A DNA stretch of 64,000 bases from Paramoeba atlantica (lineage: Eukaryota > Protista > Discosea), in NCBI GenBank assembly GCA_977017575.1, contig CDRNVI010000032.1:254075-318074 (forward strand), read 5' to 3'. The position numbers and the translations under genes are program-made. The notes under the pieces are model-generated. The model did not search any database. It had not been told where the DNA came from and saw only the letters and a list, made by a program, of their open reading frames with translations. Below, in pieces: positions 1 through 9,859 of this stretch. The stretch's first letter is position 1. Each line of letters opens with the position of its first letter.

Positions 1-755
1 GTAGTGCTTTACGTGGAACGTCACGAGTATGTTCTCCCTCCTATTTATTCCACAAAACACAAGGCGTATGATGGCTATGCCATGGCCAGAGAGCTTATGG
101 ACTGTTTATCTAGCAACTTGGGGGAAGAACGACTTCTCAAGCTCAAATTTTTAATGGTGGACGGTTCTACGGTAAATTACGTTGCCTGTGTTCATTGTGA
201 GGGATTCCTAAAGACGATCTAAGATCGTATGTCTCTTGTCGGTGACAATGATCTGGAAAATATAGAGCTTGGTGTCAATCGGTTGTGTCGGGTCTCAGTT
301 TGGGCGTCCATGCGAGCAAGAACCCATTTCAGTTGCACAAGCCAATAATTTGTTTGATGACAGACTTAGTGAAGAGCCATTGTTTTCGATATCGGAGCAG
401 GAATGGAAGGAATATATGGAATGTGAGGATTATGAGTGGGATCAAAAATGAATACGAATGGTGGTGTACCATCGGAAGAGTGTATTTCCCGAAGGTGTTT
501 GTCGCAGCACGACATTACCTATGGATCCCAGTTGTTGTGACGAAGTGCGATTCTATCTTATCCATTCTTGCCTATATGTTCAACTCTCGCCAGGCTTCGA
601 TTTCTCCCGCAGTAATCTCAAATCAAATATTCATAAGAGCCAATTGTGAGAAATTGGGATATCTATCTTTTGAAGAATGTAGCTCTAGTGATTCAGAGAG
701 TAGTGCACAGGAAAGCGATTGTATCATGACGGAGGATTCCTTAGATGACATTTGA
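1..755 (+). mobile_element. hAT-family transposase remnant, fragmented and 5'-truncated by the window
   Basis: ORF 285-755 contains EYEWWCTIGRVYFPKVFVAARHYLWIPVVVTKCDSILS...RQASISPAVISNQIFIRAN. This follows the hAT C-terminal dimerisation pattern (WW-x-FP-x-A-x-YL-x-P...R-x-L...F-x-N) and ends in an acidic tail. ORF 4-222 (LKLKFLMVDGSTVNYVA) resembles the catalytic-region strand. Stops and frameshifts separate the pieces. Confidence 0.6.
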
Positions 756-768
756 TACTTCAATACTC

Positions 769-1110
769 CATAGTAAGAGGGTAGAACATATTCAGCGTCC
801 ACAGCTCTGTTTTTTTTTGAAAATTTCGGTGCTTTCTCTCGGTGTCGAGCCATACTCAAGCTTCATAGTAAGAGGGTTTGTTATAAAGTTTCTTTTATTG
901 TTATGCAGCGTCCACAGCTCCGTTTCTTTTTGTGTCCTATCCGAGATTTTCTGTGGTTTTTCTCGGTGTCGAGCCATACCCAAACTTCATAGTAAGAGGA
1001 TTTGTAATAAGGTTTCTTTTGTTGAAATACATTCAGCGTCCACAGCTCCGTTTCATTTTGTGTCCTATCTGAGAATTTCTGTGGTTTTTCTCGGTGTCGA
1101 GCCATACCCA
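769..1110. repeat. Three imperfect tandem copies of a ~100-130 bp unit
   Basis: The blocks CATAGTAAGAGG, CAGCGTCCACAGCTC and CTCGGTGTCGAGCCATAC each recur three times in the same order. Confidence 0.9.
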
Positions 1111-1434
1111 ATTTTATCATGCACGTATTATATACTAAGAAAATATAGTACGATGTACAAGGAGTATAGCCAAAAGATAGCCCAAATATCGCATCATTCT
1201 ACAAAGACAATTTTTTAAAAATTGTACTTTAATCGAACTTCATGTCCATCAACGCAATAAGAAGGCAACGAGAATGATACACATCTCTTCATGTGCAGGA
1301 ACAAATTATCTCTAGCATCTCTAACTAGTAGCCCGGGGCACCAAGGTGTCCGTTTCCCCTTAAACCACGGGCCAGTCCAAGAGTGCACGTGTGACGCCTT
1401 TTTTCGCACTATGAGCCCTAATGAGTGTAACATA

Positions 1435-2996
1435 CAGGGGGGTGCACGAAAATATGGGGGGGTCAAAATTCTTATAACTCGGCCAATTTTGGAAAATAAT
1501 AGCGCATTCGAGAGCTCTCGCAGAGTTACGTGTCATGTGATAATGTGTTTCCCGCATTTTTTAATTTTTTAAAAAAATTAAAAAAATTATGATTTTTCAA
1601 AGTGCAGAATTCTGCAGTTTTTTGAATAAAATACCTTTTTTTTGTGAATTTATCGACTTTTTTGATCCTATTACACTGCCATGCCCCAGAAAAGGTCATA
1701 TTCGAATAATAAAAAGGTGCAGAAACGGAGTAGATTTTGCTATTCGCCTCGTGGGCAACTTAAAGCATCTCATAGGATACTTTTGGTTAAAAAATTTGAG
1801 GAAACAAATTCTTTTTCAGCTGTCGCCAAGACGTTTAGGTGTCACGAGGACACTGTCAAGCGTTGGGTGCAGCGTTACGAAGAGACTGGTGAGGTCGATA
1901 GGTCTCCCTATAAAACTCGCCAATCTCCTGTAATATCTGACCCTCTGTTGAAGCGAGCACTCAATCTTATTGATCAAGCAACAAGGAATGAAACCTACGG
2001 TATCGCTTCTTGGGGTCACCTTCTGAACCTTCTTGTAGGAGAGGGTTTCATATGCTCCCGTCGCGCTCTGATACGTTCCCTCAAGAAGGAGGGTATCATA
2101 TCCCGCACAGTCCCCCGGAACCTACACTCACAAAGGAGCAGAAAAGGAAACGAGTAGAGCTATGCCAGGAGTTGGCAACATGGACCCCTGCTCAGCTTGA
2201 GGCTATCGTCTGGACAGACGAGAAAAAATTTACTTGCGGGGGCAGCCGCAAAATTACCTACCTTTGCCGTCGTTCAGACCCCCCAAAGGAGCACGCCGGT
2301 GAGCGGGAAAAGTGGTTGGGGGGTGATGGTATTATGGTGTGGATGGGGGTCAGCATTAAGCTAGGTTTCTTTTTTCATGAATTCCCCAACAAAGATCAAC
2401 AGGGTAATAAAATTTCAGTGAATGGGCACCTTTTCAAAAAAACTATGCTACAACGTAACGGTTTCTTATCTTTTTTACGAAGACATCGGGGGGCAGTCGT
2501 TGCTATGGATAATTGTCCAATTCACAATAGCACTCGTCGTGCCTTTAATGATGAAGGAGTGAAGATGTTGTGTTGGCCACCCAAATCCACAGATTTAAAC
2601 CCAATAGAAAACATTTGAGGAATAATGGACGAGCATAAAAACGCGCTTTGTCCAACGAATCGTGAAGATTTGAGGCGAGCGATCGCTTGTGGGGTCGAAA
2701 AATTAAAGGGGGAGCAATACGATGTATTTTTGAGAACTTTAAAGAGTGTTCCAACGCGTGTGAAAATTGTGTTGGAGAAAAAGGTGGAAATTGTGGATAC
2801 TAACTTTTTTACCAAAAAAAAAACTTGCAGTTGCCCTATTTACGGTATTCAGGAGAATGCATATACCTGGAAACTACATAAAACGTAATATCACATGACA
2901 CGTAACTCTGGGAGAGCTCTCGAATGCGCTATTATTTTCCAAAATTGGCCGAGTTATAAGAATTTTGACCCCCCCATATTTTCGTGCATCCCCCTG
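1435..2996 (+). mobile_element. Full-length Tc1/mariner-superfamily DNA transposon (1562 bp)
   Basis: 108-bp TIRs at 1435-1542 and 2889-2996 differ at 2 positions and begin CAGGGG. TA target duplication at 1433-1434 and 2997-2998. A transposase lies inside. Confidence 0.95.
1681..2888 (+). pseudogene. Tc1-like transposase interrupted by one frameshift and one nonsense codon
   Basis: N-terminal HTH (FSAVAKTFRCHEDTVKRWVQRY). Catalytic motifs IVWTDEKKF, AMDNCPIH and WPPKSTDLNPIEN. The frame changes near the C5 run at 2112-2116. TGA at 2616-2618 sits where Trp is expected (IENIW), and the frame continues to 2888. Confidence 0.9.
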
Positions 2997-3117
2997 TATG
3001 TGAATCGTTGCACAATGCGCATGCAGTAGCACATGTGCTATCCCCATACTGCAGCGATCCTTCAATTACTTCACCGACGCTCCATACTGGATATGAGAAA
3101 TGGTATGTCTCTATGGT

Positions 3118-3178
3118 GGGTCCGTGGGTCCGAGGACCCGGGTTCATGGACCCGGGTGGGTCCGGACCCAGGGGACCC
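3118..3178. repeat. Cluster of seven GGGTCC/GGACCC hexamers in both orientations
   Basis: GGGTCC at 3118, 3126 and 3158; GGACCC at 3134, 3148, 3164 and 3173. Confidence 0.8.
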
Positions 3179-3919
3179 GCAAAGGTATGTAAAGTCATGC
3201 TGGGAGAGCGATGAGTATTATGAAAATTCGGGAAACTGGATAGGAAAGAAGAAGTATAGCTCCGCACGCAGCCCCGACGAAGGAATTCAATTTCCTACAG
3301 CGCCTAATTTCTTGCTGGAGTCAAAGGACGACGTTGAAGACTTCATCTGGGTGAGTGACTCAGAATCTGAAGTTGAAGAGGGGGAAGACGAAGTAGAAAG
3401 GATTTCAAAATTACAAATTAACTAAAGTTCTGCTGCTAAGTTTCGGAAAGAAAGTAGGACTAGTTTATTACTTTATCATACGTTTAGGTACTTTATTATA
3501 CGTTTAGGTACTTTATCATAAGGAACTTTATTTGTTCTTTTAGTACCTATACATGTATTTTTAGATACTGATTTTACCTGCGACTTTACTAATTCCTTTA
3601 AAAACCATAATTCCCGGACGTTGAGATTTCGATCCAGAGACCCGCCAAAAAGATCGTCACCCCTCCGGCAGGGTCATCACCTCCACCACTAGTAGCTGAA
3701 TTTTCGTGCGGATGTTTACTTTTCGAAGCCCAGATTGCACAACATCACTTTTGATCCATTCTCATTTTCAGGGCCTTGTTTTAGTTGAACGTTGACATGA
3801 TAATTTTCCATTATTGTGTGAGTCATTCTCATTTTCATACTCTCAGATTGGTGACGACCACTGTATTGGCGGAGTAAGCCTCCTACGCATAGTTTGCGGA
3901 GAGTATTGCTGCCCATGGT

Positions 3920-5419
3920 TTAACTTGCTGAACTTGTTGTTTTCGATCCACTGTTGAGCACATGACTTCGATGATTCTTAAAAGTTGGTCGAATCCATCC
4001 AGAAAGAATACAGAGCAGTATTGGAATGAGCAATGGGGACAGTGCAACTATGGCTTGCGGAATATCTTCCTTCATACTCGTATATAGGAATTCGTGCTTC
4101 AGTAGAGCTTCACTTTTTAGATAGCAATGTCTAACATCTGATGCAGTTGATGAATTCTTGCTTAAGCAGTCCCGAAGTGCAATGCAAGACGATATAAAAT
4201 CATTAGGAGGGGTGATTGATCCCTGAAACAATACCATGTCCCGTATCTTTTCTTGGTTAGTAGCAGTTGCTTGATGCATAGATTCTACAAGGTGTGTTAA
4301 TATATTTTCGTCGCTTTGTGACGACAATTCCCGTTTCTTCTTTGAACAGGATAAACCCAACATAGCACAAAGATACGCTTGTAAAATCGTTGAATAAATA
4401 TTACACGAAGGAAGAGAAGAATTCGCAGGCATTTGAAGGGAAGTACGATTTAAGTCGCGCAAAATTGAAGTTTCCGGAAGGTAACACATAAGACCCTCGA
4501 CTCCGAATGCAGCACAAGGAGTAAATCTTTCATTTGATGTATTCATGGAAGGATGCCAAGCTAATGGCATGTACCTCAATGGCAACACTACAAAGTTTAA
4601 GTATATTTTTCTCATACTAGGCGAATATGAGGAAGCGTTGTCCTGGCATAGTGGATGCGATTTCAGATTGGCGCAAGAACTTTGTTGATTTAGTGCACGT
4701 ATGCAATTCGTTATGTTCTTAGAAAACAATTCCTTCCACGTATATGCATACGAGGACAGAGGAGGGTGGAACAATGCTTTTGTATTTACCAAAGCTGAGA
4801 AACACTGTGCGGAAATAAATTGAGTTTCGTAGTCCCACGTGACTGGCAATATTAAAGATAGAAAGTTCTTTGTCTGCGCCAACACACTTTCTACATATGG
4901 TGTAATAAAGGCAACATTTTTGGCAATGTGTCCACGTGCCACGTACGCCTCCAGTGCTCCTACAGCAATTTTCTCTCCTTGATTTTCTGGAGATGTTGCG
5001 AAAAAATTGACGCATAGATGAATCGAAGAGATCGGATTACTTCTAGTATTTATGGCGAATGATCTATATACCTCAGGAAAAATAAGCCGAGCATCTTTCG
5101 TTAAGTTGTGTATCACATTTTCTGACGAAGTTTCAAGATAAGTAGTATTTGTACGTATTGGATTCAGATAGTGTAGAACGCTCTTTTCATTTCGTTTACG
5201 TGGGTAGAGCAGATTGTTCCAAAGTTGCGTGACGCGTGAAGAAAACCGGATTCCATGTTCAGAAAGCACATGTTCAGATGATTCAATAACAGCAGTTTCG
5301 ACTGAAATTTCTTTTGGGCTAGTAAGGCAAGAAAAGTATTCTGAAAGTCCCAAAGTATGCGCTACAACTAGCATTTGAAGAAGATAAGAAGCAATCAGCC
5401 ACCATACTGCAAGTCTCAT
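3920..5419 (-). CDS. Hypothetical Cys-rich type I membrane or secreted protein (499 aa)
   Basis: Long ORF with a hydrophobic N-terminus (MRLAVWWLIASYLLQMLVVA), a C-terminal hydrophobic helix (AIVALSPLLIPILLCILSGWI) and a short basic tail. No family recognised. Confidence 0.7.
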   Translation of the reverse strand: MRLAVWWLIASYLLQMLVVAHTLGLSEYFSCLTSPKEISVETAVIESSEHVLSEHGIRFSSRVTQLWNNLLYPRKRNEKSVLHYLNPIRTNTTYLETSSENVIHNLTKDARLIFPEVYRSFAINTRSNPISSIHLCVNFFATSPENQGEKIAVGALEAYVARGHIAKNVAFITPYVESVLAQTKNFLSLILPVTWDYETQFISAQCFSALVNTKALFHPPLSSYAYTWKELFSKNITNCIRALNQQSSCANLKSHPLCQDNASSYSPSMRKIYLNFVVLPLRYMPLAWHPSMNTSNERFTPCAAFGVEGLMCYLPETSILRDLNRTSLQMPANSSLPSCNIYSTILQAYLCAMLGLSCSKKKRELSSQSDENILTHLVESMHQATATNQEKIRDMVLFQGSITPPNDFISSCIALRDCLSKNSSTASDVRHCYLKSEALLKHEFLYTSMKEDIPQAIVALSPLLIPILLCILSGWIRPTFKNHRSHVLNSGSKTTSSAS

Positions 5420-5804
5420 TGATCATGCGATGGAAAAACCACTACAATCCATATAAGTCTTGTACCTTTTATTAAAAAGGATTCAAGGAAGCATTTCCTC
5501 TACTCAACTTCTCCTCTATAAACAAAAAAACCGTATTTCACCGAATAATATTTTTGTTCCTGTATTGCTGTCACCCATAGACGAGCCAGTACAAATTGAG
5601 ACTTATCAATTTCCTTGGTTCCAAAGCTGAAATGACGAAGTGATGAATCTCGTCCTACGTAGTAACTACTCAGAATTCTATTCTTCGAGTAGTGCTATGA
5701 TACATGAAACAAGTAATCGGGCAAAATAACTTAAAAAAGAACCTGCAGACAGGGATTGAAAATCAAGAAAGTAACAGACGCAGAAAAAAAGCGCATAGTT
5801 CATT

Positions 5805-6833
5805 TTACGATCTAATTTCAATACGAATGCAGACACTTCCAATAGAAAATTGCATGTCATTAGTTAACTGAAGAGTTTCCATAGTGTACCTCCTATTGTC
5901 AACAAAAACGCCCGATTTTCCGTAATTTATGACCCAGAACTCTTTTTTGATTTCGTCATAGTACACACAAGCATGAAAGCGCGATATTAGTTTCAAGTTC
6001 AGCGTGCGCTCTTCAAGATTTGCCTGCGATACGCTTTTCGACGTAAGGTCAAAGAAAGATAGCGATACTACGTCGTTGGAATCACGATGTTGAACACTTG
6101 TCTCTTTCCTTTGTGTCCCCCTTCCCAAAATGAGAATGCTTGTGCATTGCTCAAAAGCAAGTTTATTATTGACGTAATATCGAGCCACAGGGCGCAAAAG
6201 ACTTCTCGGATCTACTCGAGGGCGTTTCGCTGTCCCCGGCATTGAAAACGCATCGGAGGTTAAAAAGAAAGGGCACACGGCTCGTATCGGTTTTTCTTGC
6301 AAGTCGCACGGGAGTACTTCCTTTCGTGTGATATTTCGTGGCTCGCGTTCCAGGCACTGCTTAGGAATTTCGGCGGAAATCCCGATTGAGCGCATCTTTT
6401 TTGATGAGTAAAAACAGGAGGATAAAAAACTGTGTTTCGATAATAACTCTCGTAAATCTAAAAATCTGGATTCCGCTTTCGGGAAAAATGTGGACCCCGA
6501 GTAAAACTGCGTTTTGATTTGTATTAGTCGTTGCAAAGCCAAAAACACAAGAAAAGCAGGGCTGTCGAGCTCCGGAGAGTTCAATAATTGGTTTACGTCA
6601 ATCAAAAGAGAGGCGATCCTTTTGGCAGAAAAATCTTTGAAAAATTTAGGATCAATGAATGGGTATTCTCTATTCTGAACATGTGTTACGATGCGCTCTA
6701 TGTCTGTTTTCTGGGGCAGTGAGTACTCAGTACTTGTGGTATGTCTCCGATCAAGAATAGATTTAAAATCCTGGGTATGCTCTACACTAAATTCTACACT
6801 TCGAAGAAAGCGTAGCGAAATATCTAGTGGCAT
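5805..6833 (-). CDS. C-terminal FHA-domain protein (MCRS1/forkhead-like FHA)
   Basis: FHA motifs LILGRG...ISRFHA...INYGKSGVFVDN...QFSIGSVCIRIE at the C-terminus. Confidence 0.75.
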   Translation of the reverse strand: MPLDISLRFLRSVEFSVEHTQDFKSILDRRHTTSTEYSLPQKTDIERIVTHVQNREYPFIDPKFFKDFSAKRIASLLIDVNQLLNSPELDSPAFLVFLALQRLIQIKTQFYSGSTFFPKAESRFLDLRELLSKHSFLSSCFYSSKKMRSIGISAEIPKQCLEREPRNITRKEVLPCDLQEKPIRAVCPFFLTSDAFSMPGTAKRPRVDPRSLLRPVARYYVNNKLAFEQCTSILILGRGTQRKETSVQHRDSNDVVSLSFFDLTSKSVSQANLEERTLNLKLISRFHACVYYDEIKKEFWVINYGKSGVFVDNRRYTMETLQLTNDMQFSIGSVCIRIEIRS

Positions 6834-7090
6834 TATGAGTGCAAAAAATACTCAAAACAAAATGTAAGAATAGTAGAAATACGAAGCCCCCAATTAAAAT
6901 TTAAGCTTCTACTTAGATTTATCTACAAATAATCTACAATTTATCTACTGTATATTAGAAATCTACGTCCCCTATAAGATCTTTCAAAGGAAGTAGCATC
7001 GATAAAGGGAATCTATGAGAAAACTTGAGGTAACGCTGCCCGTAACTCGATATCTTTTGGTCGGAAGACGTGCCATCAATCACTGTATAT

Positions 7091-7939
7091 TCACCCACCA
7101 TTTTGGTTCATATCTGTATTTTGATTTTGCATGAGGTCCTTTAATTGAGAAGGCATTGCACCACTACGCCCCATAAGCTGCATTTGTTCGATAGCTTCAA
7201 CTTTTTCTTTCATCTCTTGGACCTTCTCGACTCGCTCATCATCCCCAATTATGCTGTCGGAGAACACACTAGTGTGTGCGGCGTGAGTTCTTGGATCATA
7301 TTGGACCAAATTGTCTGTCATATAAATAGGAAGATCGGAACAATCTCGCAAGGAAAGGGACGCTGAGGCGGGTTGCTTCAAAGAATCGGAGTCCTCTCTA
7401 CCTGAAAAGTTGATTTTATCTTCTATTTTTCTCTTGTTTAAAATGTTTGTGTGATATTTTGAATTTTCAGAAAGCAAGGGCTTAACGACTTCGTCAACCG
7501 AAGCTCCAGTCCAACGATCATGTTTAGTTTCAAAAGTGAGATGCTCATTTTTTTGCACACGTTGGCCACGTTGCAAGTTTGCATCCGTATATTTTGCTCC
7601 AATTTTTCGTGGGGGTTCCACGCACTCTCGTGAGTTGTGACCGGGTGCTCCACAATTCGAGCAACACCCAGGACGCCAACGCTTTGGTTTATTTGATTTC
7701 AGAAAATAATTCCTCTGACCTTCCTGCACGTTTTTTTGCTTTTCAGGCATTTTATGATGTCGTAGAGAAGAGTCGGTGCCTTTACCCACATACCAAGGTA
7801 CGGACGCATAAGTGGTATGTACAGTGTTGGGAACATAAATTGCATGCAACTTTGACTTGTTGATACTGCTGGGAGTTACAGAACTCTCGACACAACTTTC
7901 TTGAGATCGAGATGACTTTGCATCTGTCATGGTGTGCAT
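7091..7939 (-). CDS. SLU7: Pre-mRNA splicing factor SLU7 (short form)
   Basis: VPWY...SLRHH, zinc knuckle CSNCGAPGHNSRECVEPPRKIGAKYT, and TKHDRWTG match SLU7 N-terminal motifs. Confidence 0.85.
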   Translation of the reverse strand: MHTMTDAKSSRSQESCVESSVTPSSINKSKLHAIYVPNTVHTTYASVPWYVGKGTDSSLRHHKMPEKQKNVQEGQRNYFLKSNKPKRWRPGCCSNCGAPGHNSRECVEPPRKIGAKYTDANLQRGQRVQKNEHLTFETKHDRWTGASVDEVVKPLLSENSKYHTNILNKRKIEDKINFSGREDSDSLKQPASASLSLRDCSDLPIYMTDNLVQYDPRTHAAHTSVFSDSIIGDDERVEKVQEMKEKVEAIEQMQLMGRSGAMPSQLKDLMQNQNTDMNQNGG

Positions 7940-8130
7940 ATGATGAATTTTTAGGAAAATTGTTCATAAGTTTTAGTACGTGGACACACATAATGCGTAG
8001 TAAATATAGTTTATAATATTGCACATCCAATTTTGTTTCCAAAACTACATTTAACGTGCGATGTATCTTAATATTTACACAACCAAGAAAGCCGGAGAGA
8101 AATTGGTAAAAGTGAGAAAACGTACACATA

Positions 8131-8924
8131 CAGGGGGTGGCACGAAAATATGGGGGGGTCAAAATTTTTATAACTTGTACAATTTTGGAAAATAGCACCG
8201 CATTCGAGAGCTTTCGCAGAGATACGTGTCACCTGCTATTGCGTTTCCCGTATCCAGGGGGGCAGGTCCCTATGCCAAAGGGGCTGAAAACAGCAATTGC
8301 AAGTTTGAAATTATGAAAAATATGTCATTTAATATACACAACCTTCATTATATACACGACCTTCATAATATACACGACCTTCATTTTTTTGTAATGTAAT
8401 CTTAATACGAGTTGGAACAGTCCTCAAAGTGTTTAAAAATATTTTGTTCTGTTCACCTTTCAACAATTCAATCCAGATGCGATCGCCGATCGCAATTCTG
8501 ACCAATTTGTGGGGCATAATGAGCTTGTGGGACATAAAGGCAGAAAAGGACCCCGTTTCTTCATACTTCTTTACTAAAAGTGTGCGGTGGGTGACCTTAA
8601 GCTGTCCACGAGGACTAACAATGCCGATCACGGTGCTGTGCACCCTTGCTATTGGAACAAGCCCATTTCTGTGGCATAACGCGGCGGAAAGATAAGAAAA
8701 AGAGGGAAAATACCTAAAATACCGAAAAAATCAATGAAATTGAAGAAAATTGCAAGTTCCGAAAACGTATTTTTTTGTCCAAAATTAAAAAAATTAAAAA
8801 CAAGGGAAACGCAATAGCAGGTGACACGTATCACTGCGAGAGCTCTCGAATGCGGTGCTACTTTCCAAAATTGGACAATTTATACGATTTTTGACCCCCC
8901 CCCATATTTTCGTGCCACCCCCTG
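8131..8924 (-). mobile_element. Internally deleted, non-autonomous Tc1-like element (794 bp), related to 1435-2996
   Basis: ~119-bp TIRs at 8131-8249 and 8804-8924, with TA at 8129-8130 and 8925-8926. The minus strand carries the transposase N-terminus from ATG 8677 (SPRGQLKVTHRTLLVKKYEETGSFSA) fused to the C-terminus (LKGEQNKIFLNTLRTVPTRIK). An 18-bp unit occurs three times at ~8333-8386. Confidence 0.92.
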
Positions 8925-9158
8925 TAATACAGGATACTATACGCATTACAAGTGTTCCCGTACGTTTAGCCCCACTGGAGACGTTTTCCACTTTCACACA
9001 CATACAGTTTGACCGTTCCCTATGAACATCTTTGTATAATCCAATACAGATTAATTGCCACAAACCAGACACGTGCATACGACTCTTATGCGCTTTGAAC
9101 ACTATAAAAGCACTTACATGGATGGGCAAACTGCCGCAGAGGGACCTCTTGCGAGAAT

Positions 9159-9740
9159 TTATGCGCTCTTCATGTGTGATTCTGATTGAGGAAATAAAGT
9201 GCCTAGTTCCGTCATTGATGATTTTACTAATCGGTTATTTTGTATCACGTGAACGGTCAAAATGCCTAATATGGGAAGCCAGAAAGCCACAAGCGTTTGC
9301 GGGAGTCTCAAAGTTGCGATTCCGTGAAGGTAAAAAGTGTAAAACAACCAAAGCGTGGTGTGTGCGGCGCAGCCGACGGCAAGTAACACAATACATTCGC
9401 TTTCTTCTTGTAATTTCGGGAAGACAACGTATAAGGCCAAAGCAATGCACGTAAGAACAGTAACTCCATGTGCAATGCAAAGAAACATCGGCGACACTCG
9501 ATGATGCCCAAAGCTTTCTTGAGTATGAAAAAAATACAAGTGTATTCCAGTGAGTAAAATCCCAATGCTAATCCCGTAAAATTGTGCGAAACGAGCTGTC
9601 CATAGGTCGTCCGAGTGCTGCATATCTTTCCATTGCGTTTCCCACTTTGCTGCGTGATCAACTAACTCTGGATCTGTCATTGTCGTTATTGTGAGTATTA
9701 AGTCTAATAAACTCAAACACTCAAGTACGCGTAGATTCAT
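9159..9740 (-). CDS. Hypothetical multi-pass membrane protein (~4 TM)
   Basis: 193-aa ORF with four hydrophobic segments, lying in the cluster orientation. Confidence 0.65.
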   Translation of the reverse strand: MNLRVLECLSLLDLILTITTMTDPELVDHAAKWETQWKDMQHSDDLWTARFAQFYGISIGILLTGIHLYFFHTQESFGHHRVSPMFLCIAHGVTVLTCIALALYVVFPKLQEESECIVLLAVGCAAHTTLWLFYTFYLHGIATLRLPQTLVAFWLPILGILTVHVIQNNRLVKSSMTELGTLFPQSESHMKSA

Positions 9741-9859
9741 AGATGCATTCTAAAAATGCAATCAAGACAGTATTTTCCCACCATGTTGCTTTTTCACAAC
9801 TCTACTTGAACAACCCCAAATTTCTAGAACGCTACCGACGTGAAAGAACCATCATACCT

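Noticed and set aside
2616-2618. TGA read as Trp (genetic code reassignment)
   Set aside because: Several conserved genes, such as gamma-tubulin, end at TGA and use TGG for Trp. A single nonsense mutation in a transposon is simpler.
3033-3425. Plus-strand 130-aa ORF with an acidic tail
   Set aside because: No recognisable domain, and it runs through the hexamer cluster. It is probably transposon debris but cannot be assigned.
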